Of a stretch of DNA of 64,000 bases, positions 1 through 13,400 are shown piece by piece. The DNA comes from Phyllosticta citribraziliensis (Eukaryota), in NCBI RefSeq assembly GCF_038025025.1, contig NW_027117347.1, positions 1,364,001 to 1,428,000 of the forward strand, in the 5' to 3' direction. The translations under genes and the position numbers were made by a program. Numbering within the stretch: position 1 is the first letter of the stretch; every line of letters begins with the position of its first letter. A model generated the notes under the pieces. That model was given only the letters and a program-made list of their open reading frames with translations. It was not told where the DNA came from and ran no database searches.

Positions 1-506
1 GACTAGGATACCCTTAAGCCTATACTTATATTATGTTAGCCTAGCTCCTTACGCGGCGTAGTTAGGACTAGGTTTAGCAGTAAACCTACTATATTAGTAG
101 ATATTAGCGTGCTTAGTATTATAGTCCTTATACCCTTAGCTAGAGCCTCTTCTATACGTTCCTATTCTGTAACTACCAGGCAATTCTCTAGGAATAATTT
201 AGTATAGGCGGTATTAACTCATTCTAAGGCTTACTAGAAAGTGGCCTGGTTTATACCTCCTATAGAATCCTAACGCACTAGATAATCTAGGCGCCTTTAA
301 GATGCCTTAGCTTAATAAGTAGACACTCCCACGCTGCCTAGGGGCTTAAATATTTCTATAAGGAGGTTAATATAAGTCCTTACTACTAGGGTGATCTGTT
401 TAAGCTATTACTTATATTTACTATAATAAAGGAAGGCCTTAAGCTGCTAGGTAGATAGTATATCCTCTTCTAAAACTAATATAGTAAACTTATTATTTAG
501 GGACCG

Positions 507-963
507 TGTTGCGGACGGTTCCTTATACTAGTACTAAGCATTAAAGGGAGGGGTAAGCGTAGTAGAAGTAAGGGTCCTACTATAACGACGCTAGTACTAG
601 GTTATATAAGAAGGGAGATCCTTACTAGGCGCTATATAGAAGTGTATTATTAGCTATTTTAAGGAGATCTTCCTAGGTTTTAGTAGAAGTAGACTTATAG
701 TATTTACGCGTCAGCAGTGATAAAGGTCCTAGATACAGGGGGGATGCTATAGTAAAAGGAAGTGCTATAGCGCTTTTAGCTACTAAATAATATTATAAGT
801 TTAGTTAGGACGTCTTTTTTTAAGTAAGGATTATATTATTATTATCTCTATCTTAGCCCTAGGGCCCTACTTATTCTTATCTACTTACTTATACTGCTAA
901 GCCTACTAGCTAGTACCTGCCTTACTTACCTAAGGCGTCCCTAACTATCCGCAGACTGCGACA
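507..963. repeat. Probable LTR of a second retroelement family inserted into Gypsy copy A
   Basis: 457 bp, TGTTGCGG...CTGCGACA (TG...CA with imperfect inverted ends). Similarity of copy A to copy B starts right after it (964 matches 10717, CCTATCTATAACC). Orientation and partner LTR not visible. Confidence 0.5.
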
Positions 964-999
964 CCTATCTATAACCTACTTAAGGGATATTCTAAGTAG

Positions 1000-3900
1000 A
1001 AGACTATAAAGATAGTATAGCTAAGAATAAAGCTAATATATCTAGTACTACTAAAGGTATTAGTACTAGTTAATTAACTTAATAAGATTTATATAAAGGG
1101 ACTAAAGATTTATATAATACTAGATACTTATTAAATAATAATAAGAGAGGACCTACCCCTATTCTCCTATATAATTTTTACTTAGTCTTAGTAGTAGAGG
1201 TAAAAGAATATACCTAAGACCTAGGGTTAACTTATATAGTTTAAGCTCTAGTTATAGAGGCATTTATAAAGGTACTATACTTAGATATTAATTAATTTAA
1301 ATCTAAGATTATATCCTTAAATAAGTCTTAAGTATAGTAGTAACTAAACTATATATAAAGGTAGAACTAGGCTCTTAAGTAAATACTCTTAAACTATACT
1401 AATAGACTTAGAGAAGTTCTAAGGGAAGGATATATTAGGCCCTCTTTATTAGCTTAGTACCTAAGACCTATTACCCTCTCTTAAGATCCTTCTACCTATA
1501 TAAGAGAAACTACTACTAAAACCTCTACTTTATCTTTAAGTAGTAAGAAATACTAAAGTAGTAAGGTTCCTAATCCTCCTCTTCTTACTAATAGAAAAGA
1601 CCCCTTATATAAATACTAGACCCTCCTTATATAAAATAAAATTAAATAAAACTATAATTACTTTACTAAAGATATAGTAGAGGAGACTAAATAGAATATT
1701 ATAGGTTATATTATTTCCTATATTAGTAGAGAAGTCTTATATTACCTAACTCCTTTCCTTACTTCTTATATAAAGGCTAATAAAGTTACTTTAAATAAGG
1801 ATATCTTTAAATTCCTAGATAACCTCCTCTAAAGTCTATATAAATATAAGGATATAAAGAAGTAGTTATACTCTCTTATATACTATATCCCTATAGACCT
1901 TTAGAAGTTTTAATTAAACTTTATATAATTAGCCTTAAATATAGATCTTCCCTAAGAATAGTAGAAAGAGGACTTTTATAATATAATAGATCCTCTTCTT
2001 TAAACCTATATAGTTACTATAGAGTAAGATAAGGATATTAACTTTTATAAGTACCTCTAATAAGCCTACCCTATTACTTAAAGTCTTAGTAACTACTATT
2101 CTAACTATAGAAAACTAATACTTATATTATATAAGGAAAGAGTAAAGAAGAGATAATAAGAATAAGTAAAGATAACTACTTTAGGTAGTATAAGTACTTT
2201 ATCTTCTAGTTATACTTAGGTATAATCTATATCTAGGGCTCCCTTATATAATATAACCTATAAAGGTAAAGTAGAAGTCTATATAGAGATTAGACTATAT
2301 AATCACTATAGCTAGTTTAGCTATTTATAGAGATAATGCCTATAACTAGAGATAAAGGTAATAAAGTTAGTAGAAGAAGAAAGTACTAAAGATATCTATA
2401 TAAATAAAGAAGATTAGTCTTTATTAGAAAATAATAAGGCCTAGGTAAAGTCTCCTACCTTAGGTCTAAACTTAGAGTAATATATATTAAGGGTTCTTAT
2501 ATAAATCTTAGTTACTTTATTAGAGGTATACCCTTTACTATATAAACCTTAATTATATCTAATAGCTATACCTTAGAAATTTATACCCTAGCTAATACTA
2601 GTACTAGTAGTATAAGTTTTATTTACCCTAAGCTACTACTAACTCTCTAGTCTATAGGTACTATAAAAAAGAGAATAATAGGTAAAGGGCTTAATATTAC
2701 TAGGTTTAACTAATATATAAATAAGAAAGTTAATTTTTACTTTTATCTTTAACTCTACTTCTAGGATTAAATAGTTTCTACTTATACTTTTATTTATAAT
2801 ATTAGCCGTAACGATATAATTCTTAGGTAATAGTTTTTTAACTAGTATAATATTCTTCTAGACTATAAATAATATAAACTAGTCTAGAGATAGCTACTAG
2901 TTAACTAATCCTTTTAGCATCTTTTATACCTACTAAAAGTCTCCATATAAAGCAACAAACTGCAGAAAGAATATTAAGTAGATATAGACTATAGAGATAA
3001 AAACTTTAATAAATACCTTCTTCCCTTAGTATAGGTTATTAAGGGAATTAAATTTTAAACTTAAGATACTTTTAAGCTTTCTATCTATAAAATACAAGTT
3101 ATACTAATAGAGATCTATACTATTAACCTTATATAAGTTTAAGCAGCTCTTAAAGATAAAGAAACTAAGGAATTATTAGCTTTTAAGCTACTAGCTACTT
3201 ATAAGGAATTTTAAGATATATTTTCTAAAATAGAGTCTAATAAGCTACTACTATATTATATAGGAGTTAATTATAAAATATCTCTTATATATAATAGTCT
3301 ACTAGAGCTTCTACCTAGCCCTCTCTATAGAATGTCTCTAGAACAGCTTAAGGCTATAAAAGAGTATATTATTAAGAATATTTAGAAAGGCTTTATTACT
3401 AAAAGCTTTACTACCTATACTTCTCCTATTCTAGTAGTAAAAAAGCCTAGTAGGGGATAGAGATTTTATATAGACTACTAATAGCTTAATAAATAAACTA
3501 CTAAGGATTTATACCCCCTCCCTCTTATTATAGAGTTGCTTTAGTATATTAGAAAGGGCAAGATTTATACTAAGCTTAATATTTAATAAGCTTTCTACTA
3601 CATCTATCTTACTAAGGATTCTAAAGATAAAACTACTTTCTATATAAGATATAGGTTATTTAAATACCGTATCTTACCTTTTAGATTAAGTAATAGACTA
3701 GTAGCCTTTTAATATTTTATTAACTAGGTTCTCTTTAAGTATTTAGATGATTTTATTATAGCTTTTATAGATAATATGCTTATTATCTCTAAAAACCCTA
3801 TAGAGTATGAGGAATAAGTAAAAAAAGTACTAGTAAGACTATAAAAGGCAGGACTATAGGTGGATTTAAAGAAGAGTAAGTTTTTAGTTATTTATATAAA

Positions 3901-6230
3901 GTTCCTTAGATATATCATTTCTATAGAAGGCATTTAAATGGACCTAGATAAGGTAGAACCTATATATAACTAGCTAATACCTAAAACCCTTAAGGCTCTT
4001 TAATCCTTCCTAGGTTTCTATAATTTCTACTAATAATTTCTCCCTAACTATAGATAAATTAGCTAGCTATTAGAGAAACTATACTCTAAGGTAAAATAGT
4101 AATAACTAGGACCCCTAGAAGAAGAGGCAATTTAATAACTTAAGAAGCTAATATATAGTAATATACTCCTAGCTAATTATAACCCTACTCTTAATACTTA
4201 TATAGAGACTAATATAAGTAATAGAGTTACTACTAGTATTTTAATATAGCTCTAGTAACCTTTATATAATTAGAAACTAGTAGCGTTCTACTCTAAGGTA
4301 ATAGTAGACATAGAACTTTATTATAGAATTTTAGATAAAGAACTACTAGCTATTAAGAATAGACTAGAAGAATAGAGACTAATACTTATTAGCCTTAAAA
4401 AACCTTTTCTTATAATTATAGACTATTAGGTATTAGAGTACTACTCTACTAAATAATAACTTAATTAATAACAAGCTAGATAGTCTAAGTTTTTTATAGA
4501 GTTCTATGTATAATTCTCCTATTAACTAGGAAAGGAAAATATTATTACTAATTACCTTACTTAAAAATAAGAAGACCTAAAGACTTAAAAAGAAAAAGTA
4601 AGGGCTATATAAGAGATATACCTTATCCTACTAGAGACTATTATCCCTCTTTCTATTTTAGAATAAGAACTTCCTCCTCTAGTATTATTTTTAGATAAAC
4701 TCCTCTATATAAACTAGGAAGATTCTAAATTAGAACTCTAGAGATAGAAAGCCCTCTTAAAGGACCTTAAATAAAGAAATAGTTAGGAACTAAAGGATGG
4801 TCTTTTACTATAATATAGTATATTCTTTATACTAGATTATAATAACCTCTATATAAGAATACTTAATACTTTATATACTACCTATATAACTGCCTATTCT
4901 AGTATTATAAAGATGTAAAAACTCCTTAAGTAATATTACTATTAGCTAGCTATAAATTACATGATTAATATTTACAGGTAAGGATGCTATATTTACTACT
5001 AAATAAAAGAGTTTTATAATAAAGACCTAGGCCTTCTATAACCCCTAGAGATTCCTACTCAACCCTAGTAATACTTAGCTATAGATTTTAAAGAGATGCC
5101 TAAAGACTAAAAGGGCTATAATATAATTCTAGTTATTATAGACTAGTTAAGTTAAAGAACCTTTAGTTTACCTTATATAAAAAAGATTAATACTAAAGGA
5201 GTCTCTAGGCTCTTTTATAAATATATCTACTATATTTATAGAAACCCTAAGTCTATCCTATCTAACTAAGGCCCTTAGTTCATCTTAGTATTTATAAATA
5301 AACTATATAAGCTAACTAGTATAGAGCAGCATTTTAACTCATCCTACTACTCTTAAATTAATAGTATTATAGAGATTATTAATTAGCATCTTATATAAAG
5401 ATTAAGACCTTTTATTAATTACTTTTAAAATAATTAGTCTGATCTTCTACTATTAATAGACCTTATATAAGTAACACTTCCCTATAAAGCTACTAGACTT
5501 TTACCTTTTAAGATTAAGTTAGGATATTCCCCTTAATTATACTATAACTAGTAATAAAGAACTAAAACCCCCTAGTAACTAGAGAAAATAGCTTATATAG
5601 TAGTATAAATACTATAAAAGAGAAGATAAGAAGCTTTTAAATTTATAAAGAATCTTATTCTTAAATCCTAAGAGTATATATACTAATAAGCTAATAAATA
5701 CTATTATATACTAGACTTTATAGTTAGAGATTACATCTATATTAAGAAAATAGGATGGTCTACTAATTAGCTAAACCTTAAATTAGACTTTCCTAATACT
5801 AGACCTTTTAAGATTATAGGAATAGAAGGACCCTTCTATATCCTTAATCTTCCCTTATATATAAAGATGGTCAACCTTTTCTATACTAATAGGCTATATA
5901 AGGCTAAAATAGAATAGCTTCTTAGTTAGGAATATACTAAACCTAAACCTAAGATTATTTAAGATAAGCCTAAGTAGGAAGTAGACTATATTTAAGCTAG
6001 TCAAGTCTTATATAAGAAGCTTTAATACCAAGTTAAATAGACTAGATATAACTAAGATAACTAGTAGTATAATATAAGTTCTTTTAGTAGCATACTATAG
6101 AAAATTAAAGAATTCCACTTATTATACCCTACTATAGCAGGACTACTAAAAAATCTAGAAAAATAGAAAACTGCCTTCCTTTAAGAAGAACCCTAGATTA
6201 AAAGAGAAAGTAATAATAAAATAAGTTACT
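1000..6230 (+). pseudogene. gag-pol relic of copy A (approximate limits)
   Basis: Restoring RIP changes gives a CCHC knuckle (~2295-2340), protease DTG (~2593), RT KKPGGGWRFCVDY (~3440-3480), LPFGL (~3674), FVDD (~3763-3775), RNase H ETDAS (~4205) and DKELLAI (~4335), integrase MDF (~5080), SDRGPQF (~5262) and GPFKI (~5800), and chromodomain WEVD...YQVKW (~5975-6050). Many TAA/TAG stops. Confidence 0.85.
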
Positions 6231-6419
6231 TAGGCCTATAGTAAATATTATAAAGATATAGAAAGTAGACTGATTAGTTTACTATTTACCCTTATATAAA
6301 TACTATTAATCTTAACTTCTACTCTCTAGTCTCTCCTTTTTATTACTTATTTCTTACTATTCCTTCCTTTACTTCCTTCCTTTTCCCTTCTTCTTATTAT
6401 AACTATTATTATATAAGAT

Positions 6420-7900
6420 AGTCTTCTCTAGATCCTCTAGCTTATTAGGCAGGATGTCCTACTTAGCTAAAGCCTAATTAGTTTAATCCTCTACCCTAGC
6501 TTAATAGTATAAGTTCTAGAACTCCTCTATATAAATTTCATCTTTATACCTCTTATAATAAGTAGGCAGCTTAGCACCTTTTAAGTTACTAACTATATAG
6601 TCTAAGTTACCTATACCCTAAAGGCAGTTGGCATAGCAGCCCTATAAGAAACTAGGCAGGTAGTAATAACTAATAAATATATAAGTATTAGTATTGTTAT
6701 AATACTTAGTACAGCTAATAGGGTTGTTAATTCTAGTATACTAGATAAGAAAAGTATTATGCAAGCTAGCTTAAGTTTTAACTAATAAGTAGTTAAATTG
6801 CTAAGTAGAAACTATAATATATAAGTAAGGTATACTATTACCTAAGGCCAAGATGCGTTTAGCGCGCTCTTATACTTTAGAACTACTAAGGTACACCTAT
6901 ATAGTTAGTTAGATAAGAATCCCTTATATTAGTAAGATAAACTTACTTATGCGACACTCTCTATATTCTTATAAGGAATATAAAGTATTAACTTAAAGTC
7001 CTACTTAATAGGTACCTTATTAGAGCTAACTAGTAATGCTGCAATATAAATCTTACTATTACTACTATTATATAAAGTAGTAGGTAGTAAGTACTTAGCT
7101 GCTAGAACCTAATAAGCTATAGGATTATAATAATAGTATATATAAGTAGGCTCTTTACCTTCTTCCTTTAAAATAGGCTGTATGATAGTAAACTAGTAGT
7201 AATATAGTATAATATACTAGTTAGTAGTAGGCTGTATAGCTATAGATGATAAACCTTATATAATAACTAATAATACTGATTAAGTAGAACCTAATGCTAT
7301 AGTATGCTATAGGTAAAGTGATAAGCCTATAGCTATTCCTAGCTAAATAAGTAAAGCCTAGCCTAACTAAGTCTTTATATAAGTATCCTCCTCTATAATT
7401 GTATTAGTCAGTAAGACGGGACAATAAAGTAGTAAAACCTAGATATATAATACTACTTAATAGCCTAGATAATAATTAGTAATAGTCTAAAGAGATAGAA
7501 TTAAAGTTTACTTATCTTAGAACTCTATATAATAGTCCTTATAGATACTGCTAGCTAAAATAGCTCTCTAAGTAAGTGGTAACTATAATAGATTATAAAT
7601 AATACTATATAATAATAACTTAATACTATGACTCTTATATAATAGTAATAAGTCCTAATAGACTGGACTATAATAAGTAGTAGATGTATTAAGTATATAG
7701 TAGCTAGGAATATCTGCTTTACTATTAGTAGGGTATAAATTATTTAAATTATTAGAACCTTTATGCGTAATAGTTAGTTTACTAGATTATAGCTAAATTA
7801 GACTAGGGTAATAATATACTTTAATAGGGAGCTTTAGATATAGCTAAGTAAGATAGTAACCTTCTATAGGTTATATAGTAAAAGAGATAGTAATAGAAAG
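6420..7900 (-). pseudogene. Antisense accessory gene of the Gypsy element: intron-containing, Cys-rich DUF3716-like (approximate limits)
   Basis: Minus strand 6770-6590 restores to roughly SSRDAFLIQ.TG....SCTKC...F..C..LPGF..GCCANCLWG....C. Minus-strand GTAAGT...CTAAC...TAG intron at 6897-6946; a second at 7465-7515 (GT donor intact in copy B, 14343-14389). Confidence 0.6.
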
Positions 7901-8059
7901 AGATAGTATAGTAGTAGACCTAGACTAATAATTATACTTTATAACTATATAGAATGCTTAAATTACTAAATTACTACTATTATATATTATAAGTCTATGC
8001 CTATATAAGCACCTATAGCTGCTAATTCCTATGATTTTAGCTTCTCTTTAGGGGGGGCA

Positions 8060-8482
8060 TGTTATGATAGGTATATATATGCCTATATAAGTACTAGGGC
8101 CAGTATAGATAAACCTAGTATTATATAGTTATAGGAAGTATAAGCCTTACCTTAGATAGTAGCCTACTATAGCTTAGGCTAAAACCTACAGGCTAGTACT
8201 AGCTACTATAGCCTGGTACTAGCTACTATAGCCCTAGGTAGATACTATATAACAGCCTATTAATACCTTACCTTTATAACTTACCTAATGATAACTAAGG
8301 ACCCTTATATAAAGGATAAGAGGTAGAATAGTATAAAGGAAGGACTAGGAAATATATAGGTAGTAAGTATCTTTTATATTTTATTCTTTTAACTTATTAG
8401 ATTTAATTAAGATATATATATATTCTCTAGCAGTTTGCCTTTAGCCCTTACCTATATAATAAGAAATCTATAAGTCGTAACA
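8060..8482 (+). repeat. 3' LTR of Gypsy copy A (423 bp)
   Basis: TGTTATGA...TCGTAACA; same length as and colinear with 10039-10461 and 14935-15357; preceded by a PPT. Confidence 0.95.
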
Positions 8483-10038
8483 TCTATAGCTACTTAATAA
8501 GCCTACTCCTTAAGATCCTAGAAAATACCTAGTAGGAGAGGTTCTTATAACCCTAAATTTAATAGTAGAGTAGTAATACTAGGGATAATAGAGGATAAAA
8601 AGGACCTTACTAGTATAGAGATAAGTTAGTCTTTAAACTAGAGAGTACTACTAATCTAGTTAGTCCTTATAGTAGTTATATCTCTTAGATTAAAGCTTAT
8701 TATATTATCTAAGAGTTTAAACTAAGTAGACTATAATAATTCCTAGATCTCTCTTACTCTAAATATATTATACTATTATATAAGGAGCTTATCTTTTACC
8801 TCTAGTATTATATAGTCCTTATTTATCTATATCTTATATACCTCTATACCCCCTTCTTTAAAGTAAAAATAGAACTAATCCTAGTACTCTTCTATTAAGA
8901 GACTATACTATAGATAGTACTACTAGATATAGATATAAGGAACCTAGTATTACTAAAAGAAATTATAATTATACTATATAATAGTAGTAATTTTACTATT
9001 AATCTTAACTCTATCCTTAATATACTACTTTATAAGGTAAAGCTCCTTAATAGTATACTTCTAAAGGGGTTATAGAAATATATAAAGTTTAGGGTATTTC
9101 CTATATTTAGCTAGAAATTAAGTATAGAATACTATCTCCTAATAAGTTATATAGTTTTACTAATAATCTACTATATTATTAACTATATAATAGTACCCTT
9201 TAATACTATACTTAACTTAAGTTATATAGTTAGCCTTTTTAAGGGACTTATACTAGGACTCTACTAGGTTTATAGTAATAACCTATAGTAGTAGACTTAG
9301 GTACTACCTTATATATATAGCCTACTACTCCTTTATCTTTACCTATTTATTAATAATATACTTATAGATATTAAACTCCTCCTTTTTCTTATATTTTAGC
9401 TTTAGCTTTAGTATACCTAGTCCTAGTTATAGAGGTATAGATAAAGGAGGTATAGTATATATATAAGCTTAGTCTACTACCTAAAGTAAGATATTAGGTA
9501 TATTATCTATTATAGCCTTCTCCTAAGTAGGTATTAAGTACTTAGAGTTCTTATTAAGTATCTCCTTATATATAAAAAGAAGAGTATATATAAGGTAATT
9601 CTTATACTACCCCTTTATATATATATATATAGCTTAATAGATTACTCTTATAATCTATAGGTTATAACTAGTAAGCTGCTAATATAAGGTATAGTTAGAA
9701 TAGATAGTATAAAGGAGATATTATAGTTTAACTTTACTACTAAGCTTAAGTATACCCCTAAATACCTTCTTAACTATAGACTACTCTATAGAGGAGTTAT
9801 TAGTTAGGAACTAATAAGGATACTAGGTATATATATAATTAGTAGTTATACTAGCCTCTTTAGCTACCTATTACTTTAAAAGATATAATCTAGTAGTAAT
9901 AATATTAGAGTCCTTATATAATAGGAGTATATAGGTATAAGGTACCTAGCTATTAAAGGGACTATAGACTATAATTATAAATAAATACTAGCCTAAGTAA
10001 TAACTAACCTATTAGTAAATATTTTAGACTACTAATAG
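8483..10038 (-). mobile_element. Mutator-like (MULE) DNA transposon relic, C-terminal transposase part
   Basis: Minus strand ~9279-9238 restores to ITTNPVESWHKSLK (MULE catalytic-Glu motif); ~8973-8923 restores to C.C.FF.QYQVPC.HIW (SWIM zinc finger). Confidence 0.7.
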
Positions 10039-10461
10039 TGTTATAATAGGTATACACGCACCTATATAAGTACTAGGGCCAGTATAGATAAACCTAGTAT
10101 TATATAGTTATAGGAAGTATGAGCCTTACCTTAAGTAGTAGCCTACTATAGCTTAGGCTAAAACCTATAGGCTAGTACTAGCTACTATAGCCTAGCACTA
10201 GCTACTATAGCCTTAGGAAGATACTATATAATAGCCTATTAATATCTTACCTTTATAACTTACCTAATAATAACTAAGGACCCTTATATAAAGGATAAGA
10301 GGTAGAATAGTATAAAGGAAGGACTAGGAAATATATAGGTAGTAAGTATCTTTTATATTTTATTCTTTTAACTTATTATATTTAATTAAGATATATATAT
10401 ATTCTCTAGTAGTTTACCTTTAGCCCTTACCTATATAATAAGAAATCTATAAGTTATAATA
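10039..10461 (+). repeat. 5' LTR of copy B
   Basis: 423 bp, TGTTATAA...TTATAATA (RIP-altered terminus), colinear with the other two LTRs. Confidence 0.93.
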
Positions 10462-13400
10462 GATATAAAAGATTATTCTAAGTTTTAGCTCTATCCTACT
10501 TCTTTACCTATAAAGGTGTTATAATATTTAACCTAAGTAATGTTATATATAGCTATAGTCTTATATAAGACTACTTATTACTTTTCCCTAGTAAACCTAA
10601 GTTGTCTTTATTAGGCGTATTAGTATTATCTAAGGACTAAGGAGCATTAAGTATATATTAACTATAAAAGTCTTTAGTTAAGGCTATAGGGTAGTATATA
10701 AATATCTAGGAGGCATCCTATCTATAACCTGCTTAAGGGATATTCTAAGTAGAAGACTATAAAGATAGTATAGCTAAGAATAAAGCTGATATATCTAGTA
10801 CTACTAAAGGTATTAGTACTAGTTAATTAACTTAATAAGATTCGCGTAAAGGTACTAAAGATTTATATAATACTAGATACTTATTAAATAATAATAAGAG
10901 AGGACCTACCCCTATTCTCCTATATAATTTCTACTTAGTCCTAGTAGTAGAGGTAAAAGAATATACCTAAGACCTAGGGTTAACTTATACTATTTAAGCT
11001 CTAGTTATAGAGGCATTTATAAAGGTACCGCGCTTAGATATTAATTAATTTAAATCTAAGATTATATCCTTAAATAAGTCTTAAGTATAGTAGTAACTAA
11101 ACTATATATAAAGGTAGAACTAGGCTCTTAAGTAAATACTCTTAAACTATACTAATAGACTAAGAGAAGCCTTAAGGGAAGGATATATTAGGCCCTCTCT
11201 ATTAGCTTAGTACCTAAGACCTATTACCCTCTCTTAAGATCCTTCTACTAGTAGAGTAATAAGGACTCTTAGACCTCCTCTAACCTATATAAGGGAAACT
11301 ACTACTAAAACCTCTACTTTATCTTTAAGTAGTAAGAAATACTAAAGTAGTAAGGTTCCTAATCCTCCTCTTCTTACTAATAGAGAAGACCCCTTATATA
11401 AATACTAGACCCTCCTTATATAAAATAAAATTAAATAAAACCACGATTACTTTACTAAAGATATAGTAGAGGAGACTAAATAAAATATTATAGGTTATAT
11501 TATTTCCTATATTAGTAGAAAAGTCTTATATTACCTAACTCCTTTCCTTACTTCTTATATAAAGGCTAATAAAGTTACTTTAGATAAGGATATCTTTAAA
11601 TTCCTAGATAACCTTCTCTAGAGTCTATATAAATATAAGGATATAAAGAAGTAGTTATACTCTTTTATATACTATATTCCTATAGACCTTTAGAAGTTTT
11701 AATTAAACTTTATATAATTAGCCTTAGATATAGATCTTCCCTAGGAATAGTAAAAAGAGGACTTTTATAATATAATAGATCCTCTCCTTTAAACCTATAT
11801 AGTTACTATAGAGTAAGATAAGGATATTAACTTTTATAAGTACCTCTAATAAGCCTACCCTATTACTTAAAGTCTTAGTAACTACTATTCTAACTGTAGA
11901 AAACTAATACTTATATTATATAAGGAATAAGTAAAGAAGAGATAATAAGAAAGAGTAAAGATAACTACCTTAGGTAGTATAAGTACTTTATCTTCTAGTT
12001 ATATATAGGTACAATCTATATCTAGAGCTCCCTTATATAATATAACCTATAAAGGTAAAGTAGAAGTCTATATAGAGATTAGACTATATAATTACTATAG
12101 CTAGTTTAGCTATTTATAGAGGCAATACCTATAACTAGAGATAAAGGTAATAGAGTTAGTAGAAGAAGAAAGTACTAAAGATGTCTATATAAATAAAGGA
12201 GATTAGTCTTTATTAGAAAATAATAAGACCTAGGTAAAGTCTCCTACCTTAGGTCTAAACTTAGAGTAATATATATTAAGGGTTCTTATATAAATCTTAG
12301 TTACTTTATTAGAGGTATACCCTTTACTATATAAACCTTAATTATATCTAACGGCCGCGCCTTAGAAATTTATACCCTAGCTAATACTAGTACTAGAGGT
12401 ATAAGTTTTATTTACCCTAAGCTACTACTAACTCTCTAGTCTATAGGTGCTATAAAAAAGAGAATAATAGGTAAAGGGCTTAATATTACTAGGTTTAACT
12501 AATATATAAATAAGAAGGTTAATTTTTACTTTTATCTTTAACTCTATTTCTAGGATTAAATAGTTTCTACTTATACTTTTATTTATAATATTAGCTATAA
12601 TAATATGATTCTTAAGTGATAGTTTTTTAACTAGTATAATGTCCTCTTAGACTATAAATAATATAAACTAGTCTAAAGATAGCTACTAGTTAACTAGTCC
12701 TTTTAGTATCTTCTATACCTACTAAAAATCTCTATGCGAAGTAAAGAACTATAGAAAAAATACTAAGTAGATATAGACTATAAAGATAAAAAATTTAATA
12801 AATACCTCCTTCCCTTAGTATAGGTTATTAAGGGAATTAAATTCTAAACTTAAGATATATTTAAGCTTTCTATTTATAAAATACAAGTTGTACTAATAGA
12901 GATCTATACTATTAACCTTATATAAGTTTAAGCAGCTCTTAAAGATAAGGAAACTAAGGAATTACTAGCTTTTAAGCTACTAGCTACTTATAAGGAATTT
13001 CAAGATGTGTTTTCTAAAATAGAGTCTAATAAGCTACTACTATATTATATAGGGGTTAATTATAAAATATCTCTTATATATAATAGTCTACTAGAGCTTC
13101 TACCTAGTCCTCTCTATAGAATATCTCTAGAGCAGCTTAAGACTGTAAAAGAGTATATTATTAAGAATATTTAAAAAGGCTTTATTATAAAGAGCTTTAC
13201 CACCTACACTTCTCCTATTCTTATAGTAAAAAAGCCTAGTAGGGGATAGAGATTCTATATAGACTACTAATAGCTTAATAAATAAACTACTAAGGATTTA
13301 CACCCCCTCCCTCTTATTATAGAGTTGCTTTAGCATATTAGAAAGGGCAAGATTTATACTAAGCTTAATATTTAATAAGCTTTCTACTATATTTATCTTA

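Larger units (their letters stand above)
964..8482 (+). mobile_element. Ty3/Gypsy chromovirus-type LTR retrotransposon, copy A (RIP-inactivated, 5' end interrupted or outside the window)
   Basis: Back-mutated motifs in PR-RT-RH-IN-chromo order; polypurine tract AGGGGGGG at 8050-8057 before the 3' LTR; colinear with copy B. Confidence 0.9.

Noticed and set aside
1..506. Possible coding relic left of the putative second LTR
   Set aside because: Too mutated and too short to assign strand or family by eye.
8160..8240. 21-bp tandem repeats (GTACTAGCTACTATAGCC) superficially like an array
   Set aside because: Internal repeats of the LTR, present in all three LTRs, with no unique spacers; eukaryotic DNA, not CRISPR.
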